DNA of 64,000 nt. Origin: the human T2T-CHM13v2.0 reference genome, Homo sapiens. A program made the translations under genes and the position numbers. This document shows positions 17,451 through 31,600 of this stretch, piece after piece. Every line of letters begins with the position of its first letter. Within the stretch, counting starts at the first letter, position 1. The stretch lies in assembly GCF_009914755.1 (NCBI RefSeq), contig NC_060927.1. The stretch is one strand, 5' to 3'. Below the pieces are notes generated by a model. The model worked only from the letters and a program-made list of their open reading frames with translations, made no database searches and was not told where the DNA came from.

Positions 17451-19479
17451 GGAACAATCCTAAGGAAAAGCAAAGCAGGCAGCTGGGAGCATAGCAGGGC
17501 CTCCCTCCAAAGTTACGGCTGGACAGGGCCCTTCTCTGAGCTTAGACAGATGCCACCAGGTGGGCAACAGCCCAGGCAAAGGGGCCACAGGTCCCATTTG
17601 GAGGGGTGTTCTTCAGGGGGCTGGGTCCTGTTGCTCATAGAACCCAGCTCTCTACTGATACCCACTCCTCAGCCTCTTCTAGTCTGAATTCACTTTCCTT
17701 AAAACGAATTCTGGTGGGGAAACTTTTCTGTCCCCATTTTTCTACCCTCTGCCTCTCTTCCCTGATTATTAGCAACTCAAAAAGAGAGACAGATTTACCG
17801 ATCTGATTGACCATAACTCAGACTACTCATTAACCTTCAAGGTCAACTTTGGCTGTGCTGTTTCCTCCATGCCCCTGGCATGAAGGAAATTGGACGCTTC
17901 TCTTTTCAGTGCGAGTCTGGCCATGACTATCTTTCTGTTTCATTTCCTCTGCACTTGTAGTGGGGCTGGGGAGTTATCTGGGCCTGTTCTGCATGCCCAG
18001 ATATCTTACATTCACTTGGACCTTGAGGCTGAATCTTCCTTCTCCAACCTTCTTTTCTTAAAAGGCCTTGCACTAGGGTGTACCAGGTATTTTTCCAGTG
18101 GTTTTTCGGGGCTTTTTTTGTTGTAAGTGACAAAATAAAACAAACAATCAAACAAACAAAACCTGACTCACCTGGTATAAATAATCCAAGGAACTGTATT
18201 GGATAACAAATCAAAATGTCTAGAGGTAGGACTGGCCCTGGAATTAGGGAAGGACACCAGGACTGAGGGACAGAACACAGAACAGGGAATGGAGAGCTGC
18301 TGATGGACAGGAGAGCATACTGGAAATTTTTAGGAACATGCCCAGTGATGGAGACTGCCAGGCTACATAATGTGTGGAAGGTGAACTAGCCAAGGGTAAG
18401 GGGACAGACACCCAGGGCACCAGCTCCATGGCCTCAGCTACTCTGCCTTGCCTCCCCCAACTGCCCATGGGCACCTGGATCCAGCTCTGCTCCACTCCAT
18501 ATGTGCTGTTCCCTCAACCTAAAAGCCCTTCCTGTCCCATCCTCCTTTTCTCTGGCAACACTGTCTCACCTTTAAGGCCTCCCTCATGTTCTTCCCTGAT
18601 CCCCCAGGGAGCACTTGGGGCTCAGTCAGCTGCCCACAACCATTCACACCTCCAGTATCATCTGCCCTGCAGGTCGAGGCTGTATCACACTGTGGATCAT
18701 CAACAGTAAGCCTCCTTCACCACAGCTGGCTCTTCCAGTCAGTCAGCATGTTTAATTGACTCCTGAACCCCAAGGCTTGGTACACAAACAGGCACATGTC
18801 CATGCAGTAATGAGTGGACAAGGCAAGGATCCAATCATAACTCTAATTCCCTAATCAATAAAATGGACGCATTGATATTTTGCATGTCTATTTCTCAGGG
18901 TTCTTTCAATAAACAAAAGAGGTTGTATCTATGAAGGTACAGTGTAGATGGAAGGCATTTTTTGTAATGATTAGAATATAGGTGAGAGAGTTTAATAAAA
19001 CTACCCCACATTGGTTTCTGGTCCAAGGCCCCAGTCTCATTTCTCCCCAGTCTCTACCTCTTCCTTTCCAGACTGACTCTGATTATCTAATGTGCAAATG
19101 TTCCAAAGATCAGAAGTGAAGGTGTTGGTTCTGTGGCACACAAGATCTTAAGCTATAAAAGGAAGTGGAGATAAAAAAGAAAGTACAAACTGTATTGTTT
19201 TGATCCTAATTATACAGACAATCGAATCCAAGCAGTAAGAGTATGATTAAACCCATAGTGTCACAGGGTCATCAGCTATCAAGAACTATCAGGATGGGAG
19301 ATGGCATTTGTTGTGATCATTCTTTGCTGCCATGTTAGGAAAATTCTTGAAAGCTTTGCTGAGCCAAATCTCTATCCATCATCTCTCTTCCTTACCCTCG
19401 ACTCCAAGGCTCACAAGGCAGCAGACATTGTTCTGGCCAGCAAATCTGGCTTAACTAAATGTGGCAGAGTCAAGTTAAG

Positions 19480-19481
<2 letters not shown>

Positions 19482-19527
<46 letters not shown>
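19482..19527. repeat. (GT)23 microsatellite
   Basis: Read directly from the sequence. Confidence 0.98.
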
Positions 19528-19529
<2 letters not shown>

Positions 19530-19652
19530 CAGACACAGACATAAAGACAGAAACACAGAGATTAAGGGGTGGAGATAAGAAATGGAAATAGATTCCCAAG
19601 ATAGCTAGGTAGCAAGAAACATTTGAAGAGATAGCATGTATTTGGGAAAGAC

Positions 19653-19653
<1 letters not shown>

Positions 19654-19696
<43 letters not shown>

Positions 19697-19719
19697 TGGA
19701 GAGAGAGAGAGAAAGAGAG
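19654..19719. repeat. (AC)20 microsatellite followed by a short (GA)n tract
   Basis: Read directly from the sequence. Confidence 0.97.
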
Positions 19720-19729
19720 CGCTTTACTA

Positions 19730-19926
19730 TGTTGATATCCACAAGTCAAAGACCACCAGGAGCACAGGTTTCGTTGAACAAAATTATTGGTCTTTGTTGC
19801 AACAAGGGAGACCACATACCATGGGGAACTTTGGGGTGTTGCCCTTGTTGCAATAAGTACCAATAAACCAAACTTTGTTTGACGACAAGCCTATTTCTGT
19901 TGGTCTTTGGCTGGTAGGCATCAACA
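19730..19926. repeat. Imperfect 197-bp palindrome made of LTR-like 3' ends
   Basis: Arms 19730-19808 and 19842-19926 are diverged reverse complements. Termini tgttgat...atcaaca. Confidence 0.8.
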
Positions 19927-19929
19927 ACT

Positions 19930-21071
<1,142 letters not shown>

Positions 21072-21378
21072 GGAAAGTGACATCAGCAAGATGATAGGCT
21101 AGGAAGCTACAGACCCTCTTTCCCACACAGATATACTGAGTTATCAACAATATATGAAACAGAATACCTCTGTGAGAACTCCAGAGACCAACTGAAAAGC
21201 TACAGCACCCACGCCATTGTAAAACCAAAAAGGGATTCCAGTGAAAGCTGTAGGAAATTTGCAGTGTTTGGTGGGCTATTCATGCCCTTCCCCCTGCATA
21301 GCACAGAGCAAGCAGGAGGAATCCCCCTCAACTGTCACCATACAAGAGCTCCTCCCTTAGAATAAAAACAAAAGATCA

Positions 21379-21828
<450 letters not shown>

Positions 21829-24374
21829 CTACAGGTAGATACCAGGAATAGCAAGAGATCAGAAATTATTTGAGAGGTCCAGCTGGGCTGAATGATGAAG
21901 ACCTTCCTCTGCCTGATGCTGATACAAAGCCTGGAAGAGGTGTTTGTTTTTTTTAAATGCCCAAATCTCAGCAAAAAATTACAAGACACACAAAGAAACA
22001 GGGAAACATGGCCCAATCAAAGTAACAAAATAAATCTCCCCCAAAAAGCCTAAAGGAAAGCACATCTATGAGTTGCCTGACAAAGAATTTATAATGACTG
22101 TCATATACAGAACATTTACCCAACAAAAACAGAATATACATTATTCTCAAGTGTACATAGAACATTCTCCAACATAGATCACGTAATAGGCCACAAAACA
22201 AATCTTAACAAATTCAAGAAGGTTGAAATCACACAAGATATCTTTTTAAACACAACGGAATGAAACTAGAAGTCAATAGAACAAGGAAAACAGTAAGTCC
22301 ACAAATGTGAAAATTCACACACTCTTAAACAACCAATGTGTCAAAGACAAGGTCAAAAGAGAAATTAGAAACTATTAAAAATAAGAACACAACATACCAA
22401 CACTTATGGAATGCAGTGAAAGTGCTATGAGGGAATTTCATAGCTGTAAACATGTATATTAAAAAGAAGAAAGATCTCAATTCAGAAAGCCTAATTATAT
22501 ACCTTAAGAAACTAAAATGAAGAACACACTAAACCCAAAGCCAGCAAAGGAAGAAAATGAGTTGGTTTTTTGAAAGATCAACAAAATTGACAAAACTTAA
22601 CTAGATTAAGAAAAAGAGAGAAGACTCAAATCACTAAAATCAGAAGTTAAAGGGAGACATTACAACCATTGCCACAGAAATAAAAAAAAATTATTGGGAA
22701 TATTATGAACAATTATACACTAAGAAATTGGATAACCTAGAAGAAATGGATAAATTCCTAGAAACACACAAACCACCAAGACAGAATCATAAAGAAACAA
22801 AATTTAATCAGACCAATAAAGAATAAAGAGATTAAATGAGTAAATCAAAAAACTCCCAAAACTTCCCAATACCAGATGGCTTCAGTGAAGAATTCTAGCA
22901 AACATTTAAAGAATTGGCATCAATCCTCTGGAAACTCTTTCAATGAATTGAAGAGGGAGGAACTCTTACAAGCTCATTCTATAAAGCCAGCATTAACCTG
23001 ATACCAAAGTCAGACAAAGACACTATGAGAAAACTATGGATCACTATCCCCGATGAATATTGTTGCAAAAATCCTTGGCAAATACTATCAAACTGAACAC
23101 AACAGCACATTAAAATGATCATATGCCATGATTAAGTGGGATTTATCACTGAGATGGAAGGATGGTTTAACACATACCAATCAATAAATGTGATGCACCA
23201 TATTAGCAGAATGAAGGATAAAATCATATGATCATCTCAATAGTTGCAGAAAAAGCATTTGAAAATATTTAATATCCTTTCATGATTCAAATAATTCACC
23301 AAACTAGGAATAAAAGGAAAATACCTCAACATAATAAAGGGCATTTATGAAAAACTCACAGTAAACATCATACCCAATGGCAAAAGACTAGAAGTTTTTC
23401 CTCTAACATCAGGAAAAAGACAAAGGTGCCCACTCTCACGACTTCTATTTGACATAGTATGAGAAGTCATCTCCAGAACAATTAGATAAGAAAAAGAAAA
23501 ATGGCATCCAAATTGGAAAGGAAGAAGTTAAACTGTCTGTTTGCAGATGATATGATATTATATGCAAAAAACCTGAAAGATTCCACTAAAAAAATCTATT
23601 AGAACTAGTAAGCTAATTCAGCAAAGTTCCAGGATACAAAATCAACATACAAAAATCAGTTGTGTTTCTATACACTAATAATGAACAATCCAAAAGGAAA
23701 TTAAGCAAACCATTCCATTTACAATGGCATCAAAAAGAATAAAATACTTAGAAATAAGCCTAAGCAAGGAGGTGAAAGACTTATACACTAAAAATTACAA
23801 AACATTGCTGAAAGAAATTAAAGAAAACACAAATAAATGAAAAACATCTTACGTTTTTGGGTAGGAAAACTTAATTTTTAAAAAATGTCCACACTACCCA
23901 AAGCGATCTACAGACTCAAAACAAATCTTATCAAAGTCCCAATAGTTTTGTTTTTACAGATATATAAAACATTATTCTAAAATTCATACAGAATCTCAAG
24001 GAACCCTGAATAGCCAAAAGAATTTTGAAAAAGGAAAAAAAAAAAGTTGGAGCACTCACACTTCCTGATTTCAAACTATGACAAAGCAAAATAATAACAA
24101 AAAGTGTACTGCCATACTGATATAAAGACAAATAGACCAATGAATAGAATAGTCTGTCATAAAGACAAATAGACTAATGGTACTGCCATAAAGACAAAAT
24201 AGACTAATAAACAGAATAGAGATCCCAGAAATAAACCCTTGCACATAAAGTTAAATGATCTTCAACAAGTGTGCTAAGGCCACACTCAATGGAAAAAGAA
24301 GTCTCTTCAATGAATAATTCTGGGAAAATTGGATATCTGCATGCAAAGGAATAAAGTTGGGCTCTTATACCATA

Positions 24375-24792
24375 TAGTATTCCCCCCTTATTTAAGGTTT
24401 TGCTTTCTGTGGTTTTAGTTACCTATAATCAACAGTGGTTTAAAAATATTAAATGGAAAACTCCAGATATGGACAATTTATAAGTTTTAAATTGCACATT
24501 TTTCTGAGTAGCATGATGAAATCTTATGCTGTCCCACTCTATCCCACCTGGGACATAAATTATCTCTTTGTCCAGTGTATCTACACTATATGTGCTACCC
24601 ATTCATTAGTCACTTAGTAGCCATCTCAGTTATCAGATTGCCTCTTGCAATATCACAGTGTGTGTATTTGAGTACCCTGTATGTTACTTAATAATGGTCC
24701 CAAAGTGCAAGATTAGTGATACTGGCAATTTGGATATGCCAAAGAGAAGCTGTAAAATACTTCATTTAAGTGAACAGGTAAAAGTTTTCAAC
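24375..24792 (+). mobile_element. MER44/Tigger7 left portion, truncated
   Basis: tagtattcccccttat...aaaatattaaatggaaaactccaga...ggatatgccaaagagaagctgtaaa. Confidence 0.88.
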
Positions 24793-26072
24793 AACAAAAC
24801 AACAATAGTAAGTCCTCACATATAAAATTATTTTAAATGTAAGTGGATCAAATTATCCAATCAAAAGACAGAGTGGCCAAATGGATTTTTTAAAAAATTC
24901 CAACCATATGCTGCCTAAGGAGACTCACTTTAGCCTTAAGGTATACACACAGACTGAAAGCAAAGGAACAGAGAAACTGAAACGCTTTACGCTGTTGGTG
25001 GAAATGTAAAATGGTAGAGCCATTATGAAAAACAGTATGGAGGTGCCTCAAAAAAATTAAAATTAGAACTACCATATGATCCAGTAACCCCACTTCTGGG
25101 CATATATCCAAAGGAAATGAAATCAGGATCTCAAAGAGATTATATGCACCCCCACCCCCACCCCCATTCACTGCAGCATTATTTACAATTGCCAACATAT
25201 GGAAATAATCTAATTGTCCACTGACAGGTGAACAGATCTTAAAATTGTGGTACGAATATACAATGAAATATTTTTCAGCCATAAAAAAGAAATCCAGTAA
25301 TTTGCAACATGAATGAAATTGAAGGACATTATATGTTAGGTGAAATAAGCCAGATACAGAAAGACAAATATTGTATGATCTTAATATGTTGTCTTGTAAC
25401 ATATAAGTGGTGATGCTATAAAAGAATACCTGAGACTGGGTAAATTATGAAGTGAAGAGGTTTATTTGGGTCTAGTTGTAAAGTCCAAGATTGGGTAGCC
25501 TATCTGGTGAGGGTCTCATGCTGCTTCAAATCATGGTAGAAAATAGAAGAGGAAGTGGGTATGTACAAAGAGACCAAATGTGAGAAGGAACAACCCATTC
25601 TTGAGGTGACTAACCCAGTCCCACAAAGACAAGAACTCACTGTCAAGAGACTGCATTAATCTATTAATGAGAGATCTGTTTTCATGATCTAACAACACCC
25701 TGTAGGGTCCAACTTCCCAATGCTGCCACATTGAAAATCAAATTTCAACATGAGTTTTGGTGGGGGACAAAACACATCAAAATCACAGCATATGTGATCT
25801 ATAAAAAAGTTGAACTCATGGGAACAGAGGGTAGAACAGTCGTTGCCAGGGGATAGGGGTCAGGGGAAATGGGGAAATGTTGGTCAAAGGGTTTAACTTT
25901 TCAGCTATAAGATTTATAGGTTCTGGGGGTCTAATGTACAGCATGTATAGTGATAGATTTGTTAATTTGATTGTGGTAATTATTATATAATATATACATA
26001 TATCAAATCATACATTATATACCTTGAATATATTCAACATTTATTTGACAAATAAATATTTTAAATTAAAAA
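24793..26072 (+). mobile_element. L1MA-type fragments: ORF2 start fused to a 3' UTR
   Basis: ttaaatgtaagtggatcaaattatccaatcaaaagacagagtggcc, then 3' UTR gaactaccatatgatccagtaaccccacttctggg...tacattatataccttgaatata. Confidence 0.75.
25390..25790 (-). mobile_element. MSTB-type MaLR solo LTR
   Basis: aatacctgagactgggtaa...aaatttcaacatgagttttgg..ggggacaaa. Perfect 5-bp TSD tatgt (25385-25389 / 25791-25795). Confidence 0.9.
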
Positions 26073-26311
26073 GAAATGTAAATCAAAACAATGAAATATT
26101 ACCTCACACCCATTAGGATGGCAACTATGAAAAACACAGGAAATAAGTTTTGGTTAGGATACAGAGAAATTGAAACCTTTGTGCACTGTTGGCGGGATTG
26201 TAAACTGGTCTAAACACTATGGAAAGAGTGTGACCGTTCCTCAAAAAATTAAAAATAGAATTACCATATGATCCAAGAATCCTACTTCTGGGTACAGGTC
26301 AAAATAATTGA

Positions 26312-26623
<312 letters not shown>

Positions 26624-27792
26624 CTATTCACAATAGTCAAGAAGTGGAAACAGCCCAGTGGATGAATAGATAAACAAATGTAGTAATATACACAATATTT
26701 TTCAGCCTTAAAAGAGAAGAAAATTCTGTCATATGCTAAAAACACAAATGAAACTTGAGGAAATTGTACGAAGTAGAATAAACCAGTCACAAAAGCACAA
26801 ATTCTGTATGATTCCATTTATATGAGGTATCTAAAGTAGTCAAATTTAAAGAAAAAGAATGTAGGATGGTGATTACCTGGAGCTGTGGGGAGAGGAAAAA
26901 GGGGAATTGTTTAATGAGTATAGAGTTTCAAATTTGCAAGATAAAAAAAGTTCCGGAGATCTGTTTCAAAACAATGTCAATATACTTAACACTACTAACT
27001 GTACATTTGAAAATGGTTAAGATGATACACTTTATGTACATGTTTTTTGCTTCAATTGAAAAAAACTATTTACAAATGAATAAAAATGAGAGCACTCACA
27101 AGATTATAAAACCTATGATTTGCAGCCAAAATATATTGAAAGGAAAATTTGTAGTCTTAAATGCACTGATTAGAAAGAAAGTTTGAAAATCAATGAACTA
27201 GGCTCTAAACTCAATAAAAAAGCTAAAAAAGAAATAATAACATAAACCCAATATAATAGAAGAAACATACTAAAGTGAATAAAAGCAGAAACAAATTAAA
27301 AAGAAAAAATTTAAAAACAGAAATGCTCAATAAAACTAAAAACTGGTTGTTTTAAAAAGACCAATAATAAAAGACAAATCTTTAGCTACTACGACCAAAG
27401 GAAAAAAATGAGAAAACAATTTTAAAAACAGTATCAAGAACAAGATATGAAACATAATTTGTAAAGATAAAAATATTAAAAAATTATTAAAGTATTCTAA
27501 GTATGATCATATATCAAAATCAATGAGTAAAGCTTTTTGGAAAACATTTTGAGTAATAATTACACAAGTGTATATATACTTATTAAAACTCATCAAAATA
27601 AACCCCTAAAATCTTTAAATTATACTTTAATTTAAAAAACATAAATAATAAAAATTTATTATCCTTCAGCTCTTTCCCTCTACAAAAAGCACTAGGCTCA
27701 CTACACAGAGAAAAATCTACCAAACTCAAAACAACAGATGACAATAACTATGAGCTTACAAAGTTATTTAAAATGTTTCAAATTTCTCAATA

Positions 27793-28003
27793 CAGCTTGA
27801 ATATCCCTTATCCAGAATGCTTGGAACCAGAAGCATTTTGGATTTGGGATTTTGGAATATTTGCATTATACTGCTTAAGCATTCCAAATCCCCAAATCCA
27901 AAATCTTTCAGCTCCAATGAGCATTTCCTTTGTGGGTCCTGATAGTACTCAAAAAGTTTCAGATTTTGGATTTGGGGTTTTTAGATTTGGGATGCTCTAC
28001 CTA
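27793..28003. mobile_element. Tigger4/MER46-type MITE
   Basis: TIRs cagcttgaatatccc / gggatgctctaccta, TA flanks; internal gctccaatgagcatttccttt. Confidence 0.85.
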
Positions 28004-28345
28004 TATAACCCTGAAACCAAAAATAGCAAGTGTAGTTCAATAGAACGTGAGCATAGAGTAAGTGCACTTATGAACTTAGATTAAATGTTTTAATTGTTAA
28101 GAAATAAAATCTGGGATTATATAAAAATAAAAAATAAATTATGACCAAGTAGAGTTACTCCAGAAATATATAAGTGGTTCAAAATTAAATAATTTAAAAA
28201 TCAACTTACTCTATTAAGAGATAGAAGAATAAAGAGGAAGTGCTCTTCTCAATAGATGCTGTAAACTCGTTTTATTTATTTTTTTACATTTACTTTTTAT
28301 TGGTGGGTTTCTTTTTTTAAAAAAGTTGTTTATTTTAAAAATAAA

Positions 28346-28678
<333 letters not shown>

Positions 28679-31600
28679 TCAATTTTTATATATGTAGGAG
28701 ATATGAGTGCAGATTTTTACATACATATATTGCATAACGGTGATGTCTGGGTTTTTAGTGTACCACATCACCTGAATAGTGAACACTGTATCCAACAGGT
28801 AGTTTTTCAACCCTCATCCCCCTCCAAACCTCCTACATTTTGGAGTCTCCAGTGTCTATTATTCCACTCTGCATATCCGTGTGAACCTACTATTTAGCTC
28901 TCATTTAAAAGTGAAAACGTGAGGTATTTGACTTTCTGTTTCTGAGTTATTTCAGTTGTGATAATCGCCTCCAGTTGTATCCATGTTGCTGCAAAAGACA
29001 TGATTTCATTCTTTTTTATGGCGGAATAGTATTCCATAATACATAATACCACATTTTCTTTAATCCTCCATTGATAGACACTTAGGTTGATATCTTTGCT
29101 GCAATAAACATGAGAGCAGATATCTTTTTGATACTATGATTTCTTTCCCTTTGGGTATATATTCAGTAGTGAGATTGCTGGATTGAATGGTAGTTCTATT
29201 TTTGGTTCTTTAAAATGTCTCCATACTGTTTTCCACAAAGCTTGTACTAATTTATATTCCCACCAGCAACGTATAAGCATTCCTTTTTCTCAGCATCCTC
29301 ACCAACATCTGTTATATTTTGACTTTTTAATAATCACCATTCTGACTGGTGTAAGACAGTATCTCATTATGGTTTTAATTTGCATTTCTCTGGTGATTAT
29401 TGATGTTGAGCATTTTTAAATGTTTGTTGGCCACTTGTATGTCTTCTTTTGAACAATGTATGTTCATGTCCTGTGATTACTTTTTAATGGGATGATTTGG
29501 TTTTTTTCTTCTTGAGCTGTTTGAATTCATTTTAGATTCTGGATATTAGCCCTTTGTCAGATGCATAGTTGGCAAAATTTGTTTCCATTCTGCAGGTTGT
29601 CTGTTTACTCTGTAGATTGTTTCTCTTGCTATCCAGAAGCATTTTAGTTTAATTAAGTCCCATTTGTCTATTTTTGTTGTGTTGTGTTTGCTTTTGAGGA
29701 CTTGGTCATAAATTCTTTGCCTAGGCCAATGTCCGTAAGTTTTCTCTAGGTTTTCTGCTAGGATTTTTATACTTTCAGGTCTTACATTTAGGTCTTTAAT
29801 CCATCTTGAGTTAATTTTTGTATATGATGAGAGGTATTGGTCCAGTTTCACTCTTCTGCATATGGTTATCCAATTTTCCCAGCAGCATTTATTACTTAGG
29901 GTGTCCTTTCTCTAGTGTACATTTTTGTTGACTTTGTTGAAGATCAATTGGTTGTAGGTGTGTGGCTTTATTTCTGGGTTCTCTATTCTGTTCCATTAAT
30001 TTGTGTGTCTATTTTTATATGAGTACCATGCTGTCTTGGTTACTACAGCCTTGTAGTATAATTTGAAGTCAGGTAATGTGATGCCTCCAGCTTTGTTCTT
30101 TTTGCTTAGGATTCCATTGGCTATTTGGGCTCTTTTTTGGTTCCATATGAGTTTTAGAATTGTTTTTTCTAATTCTGTGAAAAATGATGTTGGTAATTTG
30201 ATAGGATTGTTTTGAATTTGCAGATTGCTCTGGACAGTATGGTCATTTTCATTATATTGATTCTTCCAATCCATGAGCATTGGATGTTTTTCCATTTGTT
30301 TATGTCATCTATGATTTCTTTCATCAGTGTTTTTTAGTTCTCCTTATAAAGATCTTTCACCTCCTTGGTTAAATATATTCCTAGGTATTTTATCATTTTT
30401 TTGTAGCTACTGTAGGCGGGATTGCCTTCTTGATTTGGTCCTCAGATAGATTATTATTGGTATATAGAAATACTACTGATTTCTTTATACTACTTTTGTA
30501 TCATGAAACTTCACTAAATTCATTTGTGAAATTTAAGAGGTTTTTTTTGGTGAAGACTTTAGGCTTTTCTAGATATAAGATCATCAGTGAACAGGGATAA
30601 TTTTACTTCCTCTTTTCCAATTTCGATGGCTTTTATTTCCTCTTGCCTGATTTCTCTGGCAAGTACTTCCAGTACTATGTTGAATAAGAGTGGTAAAAGT
30701 GAGCTTCTTTGTCTCGTTCCAGTTCTTAGAGGAAATGCTTTCAACTTTTCCCATTAAGTATAATGTTGGCTGTGTGTTTGTCATATATTGCCTGTATTAT
30801 AATGAGGTATATTCCTTCTATGCCTAGTTTGTCAAGGATTTTTATCATGAAAAGATGCTGAATTTTATCAAAAGCTTTTTCTGCATCTACTGAGATGATC
30901 ATGTAGTTTTTGTCCTTAATTCTGTTTGTGTGATGTATCATATTTATTTATTTGTGTATGTTGAACCATCCTTGCATTCCTGGGATAAATCCCACCTGAT
31001 AGTATTTTGTTGAGGATATTTGCATTGATGTTCATCAGGGTTACTGGTCTGTAGTTTTCTATTTGTGTTGTGTTCTTGTCTGGTTTTGGTATCAGAGTGA
31101 TACTGGCTTCATAGAATGAGTTAGGGAGAAACCTATCCTCCCTGATTTATTAGTATAGATTCAGGAAGATTGGTATTAGCTCTTTGTATATTTGGTAGAA
31201 TTCAGTTGTGAATCCATCTGGTCCCAGGCTTTTTTTGTGTGAGGAAATTTTTCTGTTACTGATTCAATCTTTCTACTCATTATTGGTCTCTTCAGGAGTT
31301 CTATTTCTTCCTGGTTCAATCTCAGGATGTTGTACATTTCCAGGAATTTATCCATTTTCTCTAGATTATCTAGTTTGTGAGTGTATCATTGTTCATAATC
31401 GTCTCTGGTGATATTTTGTATTTCTGTGATATCAGTTGGAATGTCTCCTTTTCCAATTCTGATTGTGTTTGTTTGGATCTTCTCTCTTCTTTTCTTGGTT
31501 AGTCTAGGTAGTGGTTTATCAATTTGTTTACCTTTTTGAAGAACCAACTTTTCATTTTGTCGATCCCTTGTATTGTTTTTTGGTCTCTACTTCGTTTAGT

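Noticed and set aside
17553-17568. CTCF-like ccaccaggtgggca
   Set aside because: Mismatch in the conserved GGC core; a single imperfect motif is not supportable.
19301-19866. ORFs with CVCV / THTH repeats
   Set aside because: They are translations of the (GT)n and (AC)n microsatellites.
24122-24208. Repeat-spacer-repeat pattern as a CRISPR-like array
   Set aside because: Only three copies with irregular spacers derived from adjacent L1 sequence, in a primate genome with no cas genes.
25149-25165. (C5A)n run as a G-quadruplex
   Set aside because: Only three G-runs on the minus strand; it is a slippage expansion of the usual L1 'cccc' site.
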